Assembly (NCBI GenBank): GCA_036561245.1 | Contig: DATBPQ010000102.1 | Location: 35,388 to 99,387 of the forward strand | Direction of reading: 5' to 3' | Length of the DNA: 64,000 nt | Source of the DNA: Stellaceae bacterium | GTDB lineage: Bacteria > Pseudomonadota > Alphaproteobacteria > ATCC43930 > CGMCC-115725 | Shown: positions 44,152 through 56,200 of the stretch, one piece after another | Numbering within the stretch: the stretch's first letter is position 1 | Layout of the letters: the number at the start of each line of letters is the position of its first letter | The notes under the pieces: model-generated | Database searches by the model: none | Seen by the model: the letters and a program-made list of their open reading frames with translations, nothing else | What the model was told of the DNA's origin: nothing | Translations under genes and position numbers: made by a program

Positions 44152-47100
44152 CAGTGCATCTCCCTCGTCGTCAGCGAGGACTGCCGCGTCGGCGCCGCAC
44201 CGGCCATGCCGCGATCGCCGTCGCCCAGCACGGTAAACGCGGCCCAATAGAACGGATTGGCGGTCCCCGGTTGACTTATGAGCGCCAGTTGCGATTGGCG
44301 CAAGGCCTGGGCGGTACCGCCGCTGCCGCCAAGGCGCTGGAACATGCCGACCATGAGCGAGGCGGTCGCGGCCGACGGCACCTGCCAGTGGCTCGCCACC
44401 AGCGTACGGGCGCCGGCGAAGAAGAAGGCCTGCGCCACGCCCGACAGCGCCTCGCCGCCGAGCTTCGTGCCGCCCTCGGCGGTATTGCAGGCCGACAGCA
44501 CGACGAGATCGGCGTTGAGCCGCAGCCCGGCGATTTCGCTGGCATCGAGCAACCCGTCCTCGGCCCGGGTCGCGGCCGGCGTCGCCGGTGGCGACAGCGC
44601 CAGCGCCGGCTGGGTCTGGCAATTGAGCTCGCCTGGCAGCAGGCCGTGGGTCGCGAAATAGAGGACGCGGAACTGGTCGAGCGGCTCCCGGCGGAACGCG
44701 GCTTCGGTCGCGCCCCGACCGGTCAGCAGATCGCCCGGCCCGGCACCCAGCGTCTGCGCCACGCGCTGCAATTCGCCGGCGGTGTCGGGCAGCGGCGCCA
44801 GCGCACGCAGCATCTGCGGCGGGATCGGCCCATCACCGGCGCAATGCGCGGCCAGCGCTTCGAGGCCGGTGCCGCGGCCCTTGGCAGAACCTGCGAAATC
44901 GGGATTGCCAACGCCAAGGAACGGCCGCGCGGCATGGGTAACGGCGGCCTTGTCGCGCAACGTCGTGAAGGCGCGCACCGACGGCACGACGCTGCCGGCA
45001 AAGCGGCGCACCAGCCAGGAAGCCCGGGCATAGTCGCGCGCTCCGCCCGGCGGCTGCGTCACCAGCAGCGCCAGCGGCAGGCTGGCGAGCGACTGACCGG
45101 GCGCCACGATCAGACTGTCGATGCCGGCGAGTTGGTTTTCGATCGGGCCGAACAGGGTGCGGTAAAGCTTGTAGACATCCGTCGCGTCGAATTCCTGGAT
45201 ACGGCCCTGGCGGATGTCGAGCGTGCGGCGGATGCCGCGCACCGCGGCGGCGATCTGGGTGCGGTCGGACTGGACCGGCCGCGCGACGAATCCGTGCGCC
45301 GTCACCAGGATCACGGCGGCGTGGTCGCGGCCGAACTCGAACTCGACAAGCGCCTCGTTCGGCGCCAGGCGCTTTTGCAGCGCCGCGAGTTCGACCGGCT
45401 CGGGGCTGGCGAGACGGAAATAGCCGGGGAACTGCTTGCGGATTTGCGCCTCGAGCGCCGCGTTACGCGCGGTCTCCTGGTTCACCTGGGCAAGCAGCGT
45501 GTTTTCCTTGTCGGCGCCGCGCTGCGCCTGCGGCAGCGAGCTCTCATAGGCCAGCATCAGCCGCGCATTGTCGCGTCGGCGCTCGGACTCTTGCAGGTCG
45601 CGCACCAGTTTTTCGGTCGCCGGATCGCGCGCCGCAAGCCGCGCCGACGCGCGCGCCACGGTCTGATCGGCGACGCTCGCCGACATGTATTGCAGCGCCT
45701 TGAAGAGCACGCCGTCGAGCTCGGCGCGGCGGTTCGGGAACTGCTTGCCAAGCGCGTTGTCGATTGCAACCAGCGGCGCGATCTGGTCGTAAACCAGAAG
45801 AGAACGCGTGACATCGTCCTTGGCGATGATGTCGAGCGCGAATTCGTAGGTGCGCAACGCCTCGTCGTAGAGCTTGTCGGCCGCGTAGACCCGGCCGATC
45901 GCCAGCGCCGTCATCGCGGTCGGCGCCGAATTGCCAAACAGGCGCTGATTGAAGATCAAGGCGCCGCGCAGGCTTTCCTCGGCTTCACGCAGCCGGCCTT
46001 CGCGCGCCAGCACGTCGCCGAGCGTCATCAACACGTCGGGCCCCCACCATGGCGGCAGATCGTGCTCCTCGCCGATGATGCCGAGCGCTTCCTTGGCCGC
46101 GGCCTCTGCGTAGGCGACATCGTTGGTGCGCCAAGCCATTGCGGCCGCGAGATTGAGCGTGTGCGCCAGCTCGCCGCGCATTGCGTCACGGGCTTCGCTG
46201 CCGCCGGCCAGTTCCTCGATGCCGGATTTTTTTTGCGCGATCAGATCGCGCCACATCGCCGCAGCGCTTTTGGCGTATCGCAACGCGTCGGCAAATTTGT
46301 CTCGATTGGCGGCGTCGAAACCGAGATAGACGAAATTGCGCGCGCGGTAGATCGGATTGTCCGACGCCTGGATGATCGGATCGGCGCGGCGGAACAGACC
46401 CGCCGCTTCCTCGAATCGGCCCTGGTTGCTGACCACGATGCCAAGATTCAAGAGCGTGGTCGCGACACCGATGGTTTCGGGACCGAAAGCGCGCACCTGA
46501 ATGTCGAGCGCCTCGCGATAGGCCTTTTCCGCGGCGGGATAATTCATCCGGCTGCTGTAGAGACGCGCCTGCTCGACCAGATCGCCATAGCGATTGAAGG
46601 AAGCGCCGCCGGAAATCTTGAGTTTATTGCCGAACGCCCCCTCAAGATCGCTTCGCGCGGCGTCGGTGCCGCCGAACGCAAAACCGGACGCCGGGCTGTA
46701 GCCGGCAAGCGACGCCATTTCCGCTTCGAGCGCCGGCATCAGCGTCGGCAGTCCGTCGCCTTGCACCAAATATCGCCCGAGCGCGGCGACGATCCGCACT
46801 TGCGGCCAGTCGCCGTCGACCATCGCGCAGGATTGCACCAACAGCTCGACGCCGTCTGGGGTGCGGGTCCATTTGCCCGCCTGACACACCATGCGGCTGG
46901 CGGAGTCGCGTCCGGCCGGGGCCTCGGCGGCGGCGCGCTCGATGGCGGCATGTCGCGCGGGTCCGGCCGGCGGCAGGGTCAGCGGCAGCACGATGGCGGA
47001 CACCGCGCCGCTGGGCCGGTTGCTGCTTTCGCCGCAGATGAGATAGACGGGCGCGGGCGCGCCTGGATCGGGCGCGATGTCGGCGCGCGGGGCGGTGCGG

Positions 47101-47213
47101 CACGCTTCGCCATTCAAGTCGCTCATGCCAACCGGCTTGTTGGCCGCGTGCGCCGGAACGCCTGCCAGCAGAACGATCGCGCCGAGCGCCGCGATGCCGG
47201 CCGCCCTTACCAT
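44151..47213 (-). CDS. Sec-exported TPR-repeat CHAT-domain (caspase-like) protease
   Basis: 1020 aa. Signal peptide IAALGAIVLLAGVPAHA-AN, a roughly 200-aa Cys-containing N-domain, TPR-like helical repeats, and a C-terminal CHAT domain. The catalytic dyad is present: YFATHG (His856, codon 44646-44648) and VLSACNT (Cys909, codon 44487-44489). Confidence 0.9.
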   Translation of the reverse strand: MVRAAGIAALGAIVLLAGVPAHAANKPVGMSDLNGEACRTAPRADIAPDPGAPAPVYLICGESSNRPSGAVSAIVLPLTLPPAGPARHAAIERAAAEAPAGRDSASRMVCQAGKWTRTPDGVELLVQSCAMVDGDWPQVRIVAALGRYLVQGDGLPTLMPALEAEMASLAGYSPASGFAFGGTDAARSDLEGAFGNKLKISGGASFNRYGDLVEQARLYSSRMNYPAAEKAYREALDIQVRAFGPETIGVATTLLNLGIVVSNQGRFEEAAGLFRRADPIIQASDNPIYRARNFVYLGFDAANRDKFADALRYAKSAAAMWRDLIAQKKSGIEELAGGSEARDAMRGELAHTLNLAAAMAWRTNDVAYAEAAAKEALGIIGEEHDLPPWWGPDVLMTLGDVLAREGRLREAEESLRGALIFNQRLFGNSAPTAMTALAIGRVYAADKLYDEALRTYEFALDIIAKDDVTRSLLVYDQIAPLVAIDNALGKQFPNRRAELDGVLFKALQYMSASVADQTVARASARLAARDPATEKLVRDLQESERRRDNARLMLAYESSLPQAQRGADKENTLLAQVNQETARNAALEAQIRKQFPGYFRLASPEPVELAALQKRLAPNEALVEFEFGRDHAAVILVTAHGFVARPVQSDRTQIAAAVRGIRRTLDIRQGRIQEFDATDVYKLYRTLFGPIENQLAGIDSLIVAPGQSLASLPLALLVTQPPGGARDYARASWLVRRFAGSVVPSVRAFTTLRDKAAVTHAARPFLGVGNPDFAGSAKGRGTGLEALAAHCAGDGPIPPQMLRALAPLPDTAGELQRVAQTLGAGPGDLLTGRGATEAAFRREPLDQFRVLYFATHGLLPGELNCQTQPALALSPPATPAATRAEDGLLDASEIAGLRLNADLVVLSACNTAEGGTKLGGEALSGVAQAFFFAGARTLVASHWQVPSAATASLMVGMFQRLGGSGGTAQALRQSQLALISQPGTANPFYWAAFTVLGDGDRGMAGAAPTRQSSLTTREMH

Positions 47214-50200
47214 AGCGCGCTGTTGCCCGACAGCGAGTAGCCAAAGGAAATGCCTGGCACACCGTTATGCGGCACCGACGGGATCAGCATCTGGTTGAGG
47301 TAGGCGCCAAGCGGATGGACGGTCTGCGGATGATATTCCGCGTTGGCAGCCGGCTTCTGCGACCCCTGATTGAGATAAGCGGTGAGGGTCGGATCCGAAT
47401 CCGAGGGCGTCTCCGGCGGAGGCTGATCCGGCGGCGAGGGCGGTAAAACGATGTCGACCGGCTGAGGCGGCGGCGGAAGCACCGGCGGCGGCGTGAACGC
47501 GGTCGGCGGCGGCGACGGGTTACCGCCTCCGGCGCTGCCGTCGGCGACGCCGTTGAACGTGCAGCCTGCGCAGCCGTTATTGGCAGTGACGTACTGGGCC
47601 GCGCCGTTGCCACTCTGGCCGTTGACCGTACCGGTCAGCGACGAAGTACCGGCATTGATGGTCAGGAAATCGCCCTTGCCGAGATTGACGCTGGTGATGC
47701 CGTTGGTGCCGTTCACGCCGCCGGTTCCACCAGCGTCGAGCGTCAGATTGCCGGTGCCCGGATCCTTGTTGATCGGATCGGCGGTGATCGAGCTGCCGAT
47801 GATGGTCAGCGGCGCGTCGAAGGTGAAGTCGTGCGTGGTGACGGCGCCGGTCTGCTGAGCCCCCGTGCTCACGTTGGCGTGCGACCCGATCGTCACCATG
47901 CTCGGCGAGCTGCCGTCGAGGAACGCGAGCTCGGCCGCGTTCAGGAGGAAGGACACCAGAGAGACGGGCGCGTTGCCGCCCAGGGTCACGGCGGTGTTCG
48001 CGGTGGTCGGGTAGAGATTGCGCGCGCCGGTGCCGCTCCAATTGCCGGCGAGAACGACGGCGTCGGACGAGACCGTGACGCTGTGGGCGCCCGTGGCGAC
48101 CGGCCCGAGCAACTCGATAACTCCGCCGGTGGCGTCGGTTTTCAGCGTGGTATTGGCGCCGAGGACCAGGTTGCCGGTATAGGTTTGCAGTGTCGTCGTC
48201 GTGGCGCCGCCGTTGTTGAGGTCGATCTCGCCGCCCTGCAAAACCAAGCCCGCCAATTCGTGGATGCCCGTGGTGCCGAGTTGGGACGTGCCGCCGACGG
48301 TGATCGTCCCCGTCCCCGCCAACATGGTGAAGCTTTCGCCGGCGGCGCTCGGGATGATCGAACCGATGAGATTGATCGGATCGTTCACCGCGCTGGCATC
48401 GAAGGTCGCGCTGCCGATCAGATTGAGATCGTCGTCGATCTTGAAGCACGGGCCGGTGCAGCCGTTATGTGTGCCCGGATTGAAGCCGCTCTTGAATGTA
48501 AACGTACCGGCCACATAAACCGGCCCCTTGCCCGGATCGAAAGACGAGGTGAACGTGCCGCCTTTCTTGAACTCCACGGCGACACTGTCGTCGTTCATGT
48601 CGGTCGCGCCGTTATAGTTGGCGACGTTCACCGCGCCGAGATAGATTGCCGCCGTCGTGGTCAGGGTCGGACTGGCATAGAGGCGCTGATCGACGATGTT
48701 GTTCGCGGTCACGGCACCGTCGAACGTGATGACGCCGCCATTGCCGCCCGTTAAACCTTCGGGCAGCGTGTTGGCATTACCGTTGATGTCGGCGCCGCAG
48801 CAACCGAGCACGATATTGTTCAGGTTGCTGACGTCGCCCGTGACGTGCGCAGAACCGTTTTCGACCAGTAGCCGAAGATTTTCGGTACCGTTGGCGCCCT
48901 GGATTGGCCCCCCGAGATACACCTTGCCGCCGAAACCCGGCGCGCCGCCCGCAGCCACGATTTCGACCGTCGCGCCGCCATACTGGTTCGAGTAGCTGCT
49001 GTTATCGACGAGTTGGATGTAGCTCGAGCCGAGCAGCGGCGAGGCATTGCCATGACCGTCGTCGCTGCTCTCGATGGTGATGGCACCGGCGGTCGCACCG
49101 AGCGAAAGTAGCGCGGGATGGCCGATCGAACTGAGGTCGGTTGCCTGCGGATCGTCGCCATTGCCGAAGATCGTCACCGCCGCTCCGCTGGTGGCGGTTG
49201 CAATCAGCTTGATATTACCGCCGTTGCCCAGCGTGCCGCCGGCCGACGACTGTCCGCCGCTGCTTTCGATAAATGCAAACGACAGCGAGGTGGCGCTGAT
49301 GACGATGTCGCCGCCGGCGCCGCCGTTACCGCCGGCGGCATTTCCGCCGCTCGACTGGAGCCCGACAAGACTGCCGGTCGCCGCGCTGCCGAGGGTGACG
49401 TTGCCGTTGGTGGCCGTCAGCGAAATGGCGCCGCCCTTGCCGCCGTTGGCCGTCGCCTCCGTCAAATCCGCGCCGCCGCCGGTGCTGCTGGCGCCTTGAT
49501 ACAGATTGATGCTGGCGCCCGTCAGGGTGATCGCGCCGCCATCGCCAGGCGTCTGTTCGGGACTGACGATCTGGGCGCCGTCGGCCGCGATGCTGCGGGG
49601 CGAAGTGGCGAACGTCTGGGAGCCGGAGCCCTGAGTCGTCAGAGCGATGGCCGAGCCGATATTGATGGCGCCACCGGCATTGATGGTCACCGCGCCACCG
49701 TTGCCCATCGTCTCGTTACCGGTGCCGTTGCCGCCAACCGCGAAGATGTTCTGGCCGATGTTGACGTCGCCCGTGGTCACGATGTTGATCGCGCCGGCAT
49801 CGCCGCCGGTGTTGGTGCTGATGAACGAGGTGGTGGTGAGGGACGCGGCGCCGGGCGTGGTGCCGTTCACGTCACCATTGCCCTCGATAATGAATTGACC
49901 AACCGAAAAGCCGTCGCCGTTCGGGCCGAGCGGCATGGTCAGATTGACGTTGTTGGCGCTGGTGATGATGACCGCAGCCGGCGGCGAGCCGCTGTCGTTC
50001 ACGAAATCAGTGCCATTGATGTACTCGGTGCCGACACGGCCGGCGAAGGTGATGTCGCCGTTCCCCGCGCTCAGCGACAGGGTGTGTGTCAGCGACGTGG
50101 AGTCGTCGAGTGTGCCGTTGAACGAGATCGCGGCACCGTCGTTTTTGAAGGTCGTGTCGATAGTGATGCTATTCTCGAGCACGGTCGGGCCGTTGAGCGT

Positions 50201-53200
50201 CACGCTGCCGCCAGCGGTCGTGATGTTGCCGCCAAGATTGATGCCACCGGCGCCACTGAGGGTCAGAGTGCCGGTCGGCGTCGTACCGCCGATCGTGGCG
50301 TACATGTCGATCGTGCCGGTGCCGGCATTCATGCTGATGCCATAGAACCCGGCCTGTCCATCCGCGTTGTCGATCGAGGCAAGTTGGTTCGAGGCGCCGA
50401 ATTGGATATTCGCGCCCGACGACCCCACGGTCGTGGTGTCGATGGTGACGGCGCCCTCGAGCACCACCGCACCCTGCATCGTGACGGCGCCGTTGCCGCC
50501 GGCGCCGAAAGTATTGATGGTGAGACCGTCGGTCGCGCCGCCGCCGAGCTGGATGGTTTGACCGGCGAGCATCAGGTTTCCAATCGGAGCGGTCTGTCCG
50601 ATCTCGGCTTCAAGATCGACCGTGCCGGCGCCGGCGCTGAGCATCAGCGCGTCGCTGCCCGTGATGAGATCGTCGATATGGCCGATGGATTTACCCGGCC
50701 CGCCATTGCCCGCGATGACGATATCGGCGCCGGCGGTGCTCCCGCCCGCGGTGGTATCGATCACCGGGTCGCCGCCGATGGGACCGACGTTGTTGCCGCC
50801 TGCCACCAACAGGATGTTGCCGTTGATATTGACCGAACCCGAAATTGCGGTGCCGGCGGTCGTGATGTTCGCGCCCAGCGCGACGGTGTCCGCCGTCAGA
50901 GTCACCGTGCCGAGCGGAACGCCGCCGCCCCAATCGCCGCGAATGGCAATATTGCCGGCACCGGCGTTTACGGTGAGGGCGGAGTAGCTCTGCTCGTCAC
51001 ATTCACAGCCGGGGCTGTCGACCGTGCCGTTGAACGTCACGTTCGCGCCGGCGCTCGAACCGTACGTGGTGTCGATCGTCAGACCGCTGTTCTGCAGAAC
51101 CAGGCCGCCGTTTATCGTGACGGCGCCGCCCTTGGTAAACAAATTGCCGTAGAGATCGATTTCCTCGTTGCTGGTCAGCGTCACGGCGCCCAGCGGCGTG
51201 GACGATCCGACATTGCCGTTGAATGCAATCAAGTCGCCACCGGCATTGATCGTCAGAGCCTGGCCGCCGCTCGCGCCGCCGTCGACCGTGTTGTGGAAAT
51301 TGACATAGCCGCCATTGCCGGAATCGAACACCGTCGTGTCGATCGCGAGGTTGCCGGCGAGCGTGACGGGCCCATAGACGTCGACGGCGCCGCTCTCTGT
51401 CGAGATCGTGCCGCCCATCGTGACCCCGGCGCCCGCGCCCGCCGTGAGGGTAACGCCGCCGGCGCCCGCGCCGTAAAACACCGGCGAGCCGATGCTGTGC
51501 ACTTCGACGGGATTTCCGGAGAGCGCCGTCACCTGCACTCCGCCGAACGGCGCCGCGTCGCCGATGGTGCCGAATACCGTCACGCCGGTCGTGCTGTTCT
51601 GGGTTTGCGTGATCGACAGTGTCGGCGGGCTGGCACCGCGGCCGATCATGTCGATTGTCGAAAACACCGTCAGGTCGTGACCGGGCGTGTCGTTGTTGAT
51701 GACGATCGCCGTCGCGTTCGGATCGTCGATCAGAATGTGCTCGGACGAAAAGAGAGCGAGAACATCGAGGGTGAACGTCGGGTCGGTGCTGATGTACTCG
51801 TTCGTCATGCCTTCGACACAAGTCGCGGCCGGGCATCCCGTGACGCCGCCGCCGCTCTGGTTCTGCAAGACCGTTCCGCCGATCGCGATCAGGCCGTTGC
51901 CCGCATTGAGCGTCAGGTTGCCCAGATTGCCGGTGAGGTTGCCGTTGACCAGAATTTCCCCGCCGGCGATCGTGCCATTCGTCGTGACGGTCACCGGATC
52001 GCTGCCGGCCACGTTCACATTGCCGATGAATTGAATGTCGCTGCCGGCGGTGTGAGTCGCAGGGATGACGCCGCTGCCCGCCGTCAGGTTGCCGTTCAGT
52101 GTAACTGTGCCCTGGTTCACGCCGACGCCGTTCGCGACGTAATACTGCGATCCGGTAGTCGTGACGTTTTGCAGCGAAATGTCGCCGCCGCGCACTAGCA
52201 GCGTGTTAAGCGCCTCGCCGCTGCCGACGTCGCCCGCGAAAGTGACCGTGCCGGGGGCGCCAGCCCCGCCGCCGCAACTCTCCCCAGCGCAACCCTGACC
52301 ACCCGCGTTGACGGTCAGCGCCTGCACGCCCGACGAGAGAGCGTCGACGGTTCCATTGAACGTCACGTCGCCGCCTGGGACGTTGAATCCCTGACCGCCG
52401 GCCGTGTTGATGGCGATGCTATTTTGTAGCACCACCGGCCCGTCGAACTCGACTTTGTTGCTTTGAGTCGTGATGTCCGAATAGAGGTTGATCAACGACG
52501 CCGTCACGGTGAGATCGCCGATCGGTGTCGTGCCGCCGATCTTGCCGTTGAGCGCAACCGACCCGCCGCCGCCGGTTTGAAGGAACAGGCCGACTTGGCC
52601 TGAGTTCTGGGAATCGATGGTCGAATTGAAGACAATGGTGCCGTCCGTGGCGCCATCGGCGTTGGTCGCGACCACGATCTGCGACCCGGTGAAACTCGAC
52701 GACAACACGACCGGCGCGTTGAACGCGATCGTGCCGCCCGCCGAATTGATGCCGGCGCCGAGCAGCACCTGATTGGCTGACACGAGGAAATTGTCGACCG
52801 GGACATTGGCGCCGATCGGCGCCGCGATGTCGATCCGCCCCGCCGTGCCCGCGGCCAGCGTCAGCGACGAGCCGCCCGGGATGGCCACGTCGACCGGCAA
52901 GCCGAGATTGATCGCGGCGCCGAGAGTCTGGAAGTTGCCGGTCGTATCGATGGTCAAATCGTTCTGGGCGACGATATTGCCGAGGATGGTCGGGTCACCT
53001 TCGCCGCCGCCACCGATCTGCGCACCGCCGAACGTCACGTTCTTGCCGGCGGTGACGAGGCTGGTGGACCCGGTGGGGTCGTTGAAAGTGACCGTTCCGG
53101 CGGTCAGCACGTTGACCTGCCCCAGCGGCTCCAACGAGCCGAGACTGCCGTTGAAGGTCACCGGGCCCGCGCCGGAGAAGATCGACAAGGCGCGCGGCGA

Positions 53201-56200
53201 CGACGAACTATCGCTGTCGATATTGCCGGTCAGCATGATCGGCGCGCCGGCCGAATATTGTCCGCCGGTCGTGTCGATGGTGAGGTCGGAACCGAGCGTG
53301 ATCTTCCCGCCATCCGCCTCGATCATCACTCGCGCGTTGTCGGTAACGATCGTGCCGCCCTTCAGGGTGATGTCGTTACCCTGCAATTGGACATGGCCAA
53401 TCGGCGCGCTATAGGTGCCGAGCGGGCCGTTGATGACGATATCGCCGGCACCGGCGAGGACGACGAGACCGTGTTCCGAATCCGGGGAGACGCCGCCGTT
53501 AAGCGTGACGTCGGCGCCAGCACCGCCAACAATGGTAGCGATCGGTCCGCCGTTCGACCGCTGATCGAGGCTGGCGTTGATGGTCACCGGCGCGCTTTGC
53601 GTGGCGAGAAAACCGTAAAGCTTCAACACATCGGCGCTGACGGTCACGCCGCCGGCGGAGGTCACGCCGCCCAATGCGATCGAGCCGATGCCATGCAGCC
53701 CGACATTCTGTCCGGCGAGCGCGGTAATGGTGACATCGTCGACCGCGTTGCCGCCGCCGATCGTGCCGAACAGCTTGATGCCGCCGGTGGAATTGGCCTG
53801 CTGCGTCACGGTCAGCGCCGCGCTGTCGCCGGGCGCGGCGTCGATGCTTGGCATGATCCGCAGATTGCCGGAATCGTTGACGAAGGTCGTGTCGTCGCTC
53901 AACAGGATGTGCTTGGTCTGGTCGAGCGTCGACGTGTCGATCGTGCCGCTCAGCGTCTGGGTCTGGCCGCATGTGTTCGGCGCGCCGCAAGCGAGCGCCC
54001 CATTCTCCCACACCAGACCCTGCCCCGCGTTCAGCGTGATCGCGGCGCCGCCGAGCGATCCGTCGAGCACGATATTGCCGCTGCTGACCGTGCCGTTGGT
54101 GGTGATCGTCAGGTTCGGTTGCGCAACATTGATGGCGCCGCTCAACACAATGTCGGCGCCGGCACCCGTGGCGGTCAGGTTGCCATTGAGCGCGATACTG
54201 GGCGTCAAGCCATCGATATAGGTCTGCGCGCCGGTGGTGGTGACCGCCTGCAACGAGATCGCGTTCGCGACGACAAGCACCGAGCCGAGCGCGTTGGTCT
54301 GACCGACAGCCGCGCCAAAGGTCACCGTGCCTGAGGTCGGACTAAGCTGCGCGGAATCCGGACTTGTAAACAGGTTCAACCCGAAGCCGCTGTTCGCAAC
54401 GGCTTCGTTCACCGGGCCGTTGAAGGTTATGTCGCCGCCGTTGGTGTGGATTTCCAGATCGTCGGTGAGTTGAACCGGCGCCGAGAAGGTGACGCTGCCA
54501 TTGCACGGCGTCGAGGTGCAGTTGAGGACCGAAATCTGATGGGTATGGATGCTGTCGCCGATCAGCATCGGCGACGTGCTCTTGAACGACACATAGGTCA
54601 ACGGCGTCAGGTCGCCGATATTGCCGCCGACCGTAATAGCGCCACCTTGGACACGCAGCCCCTCAGTCCCCGCGTCGCCTTCAATCGGGCCGAGCAGGTT
54701 GATCGCCCCGGCATTTCCCGTACCGCCGGCGGCGAGAATGAAGACGGTGGAACCGCCGTTGAAGAAGTCGGGAGAGAGACTGTTATCCGCGAGCCTGACG
54801 TAAGCCGCGCCTTGCAGCGGATCGCCGGAACTGTCGCCTTGAAGCGTTATGTTACCCGCAGCGCCGGTAATCACGGTGCTGGCATTGCTGTCCAGCTTGA
54901 TCAGGTTGGTGCCGGCGACGGCGAGGGTCTTGCCGCCGCGCGAGTCCAGCGTCGCCTGACTCGGCGTCGACGTGTCGCGCGCATCGCTTTCGCCGAGCAG
55001 CGTGATCGCGGGACCGATGGTCGCCGTCGCGGTCAGCGTAATATTGCCGCCCTTACCGGCGCCGGTGCTCTGCGTGGTGTCGCCGCCTTCGGTGTAGACA
55101 TGCGTCACGGTGAGCTGCTTACCGCTGATCGAAACATCGGCGCCGTCACCGGCATTGCCGTTGGCCGCGCTGCCGCCGAAAGCATCGACGCCAATCATGT
55201 TGCCGCTGTTGCCGTTCGACGTCGGCGCACCGACCGAGACGTTGCCACCCGTCGAGGCCAGCGTGACCGAACCGGCCTTGCCGCCGTTGCCGATCGCGCT
55301 GTTGAGGATCGCGGCGCCGCCGTTGGCGACCACGCCGTTCGGCAGCGTGATGTCGCCGCCGGCGGTGATGCTGACGATGCCGCCGTTGCCCGCGGACTGG
55401 CCGGGGCCGCTGTTGAAACCCGAAGAATAGCCGCCCGCAAAGACGCTGATATATTGAATCAGCGGCAGCGCGCCGTTCGTCGAACAGGGAGAAGCGTCGC
55501 ATACCACCGAACCGAGCTGGTCGCCGATCGAGACCCTGCCGCCGGCATTGATGGTGATGTTGCCGCCGCTCTTGCCCGTTGTGCCGTTCAGTCCGCCGCC
55601 AGCGAACAGGTCACGGCCGATCTCGACATTGCCGGTGATGTTGATGTTCACCGCGCCGGCATTGCCGGTGGGATTGAAGGTGCTGATGTAGCTGCCCGGC
55701 GCGTTGATGCTGGCCGCGCCATTGACGCAATCTGTCGTGCAGTTGGCGTTGCCGGTGCCCTCGACGACGAACTGGCCGACATGGAAGCCGTCGAAGTTCG
55801 GCGCGTTCAGCGGAATGTTGAGGTTGACGTTCTCGGCGCTGGTGATGGTGATGCCGGCGGGCGTGATGCCGGTCGTGCCGCCGGCGCTATTGTTGGCGCC
55901 GACACGGCCGTTGAAATTGATGTCGCCCGCGGTGCCTGCCGCCAGCGTCAGCGTGTGGGAGAACGCGACGCTATCGTCGAGCGTGTCGCTGAACGTGATG
56001 GTCGCGCCGGCGTAAGCGCCGCCGCCCGTCGTATCGATGCGGGTATCGCCGGCCAGCACCGCCGCGTCATCGAACGTGACCTGGCCGCCGGCGGTGGTGA
56101 TGTTGCCGCCCACCGCGATCGAAGCGCCACTCAACTCGACCGCGCCGATAGAGCCGGGAAGGACCGGCGAGCCGATGCCCCCCGTGACGGTGGCCGTGCC

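Noticed and set aside
44152-44622. 5' extension of track ORF 43438..44622 (394 aa)
   Set aside because: The extension overlaps the CHAT coding region in another frame and is Arg/Gly-rich. The internal ATG at 44151 gives a clean signal peptide and the usual stop/start overlap.
44154-47240. 1028-aa plus-strand ORF
   Set aside because: It is exactly antisense to the CHAT gene. The product is Arg/Gly/Ala/Gln-rich and low in complexity, with no motifs. The minus-strand frame carries a signal peptide, TPR repeats and the CHAT dyad. This is a typical high-GC shadow ORF.
47210-47260. C-terminal ...GISFGYSLSGNSALW as an outer-membrane beta-signal (autotransporter-like anchor)
   Set aside because: A terminal aromatic residue is present, but the alternating hydrophobic pattern is poor. 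No beta-barrel-sized domain precedes it, and a dedicated TpsB is encoded upstream.
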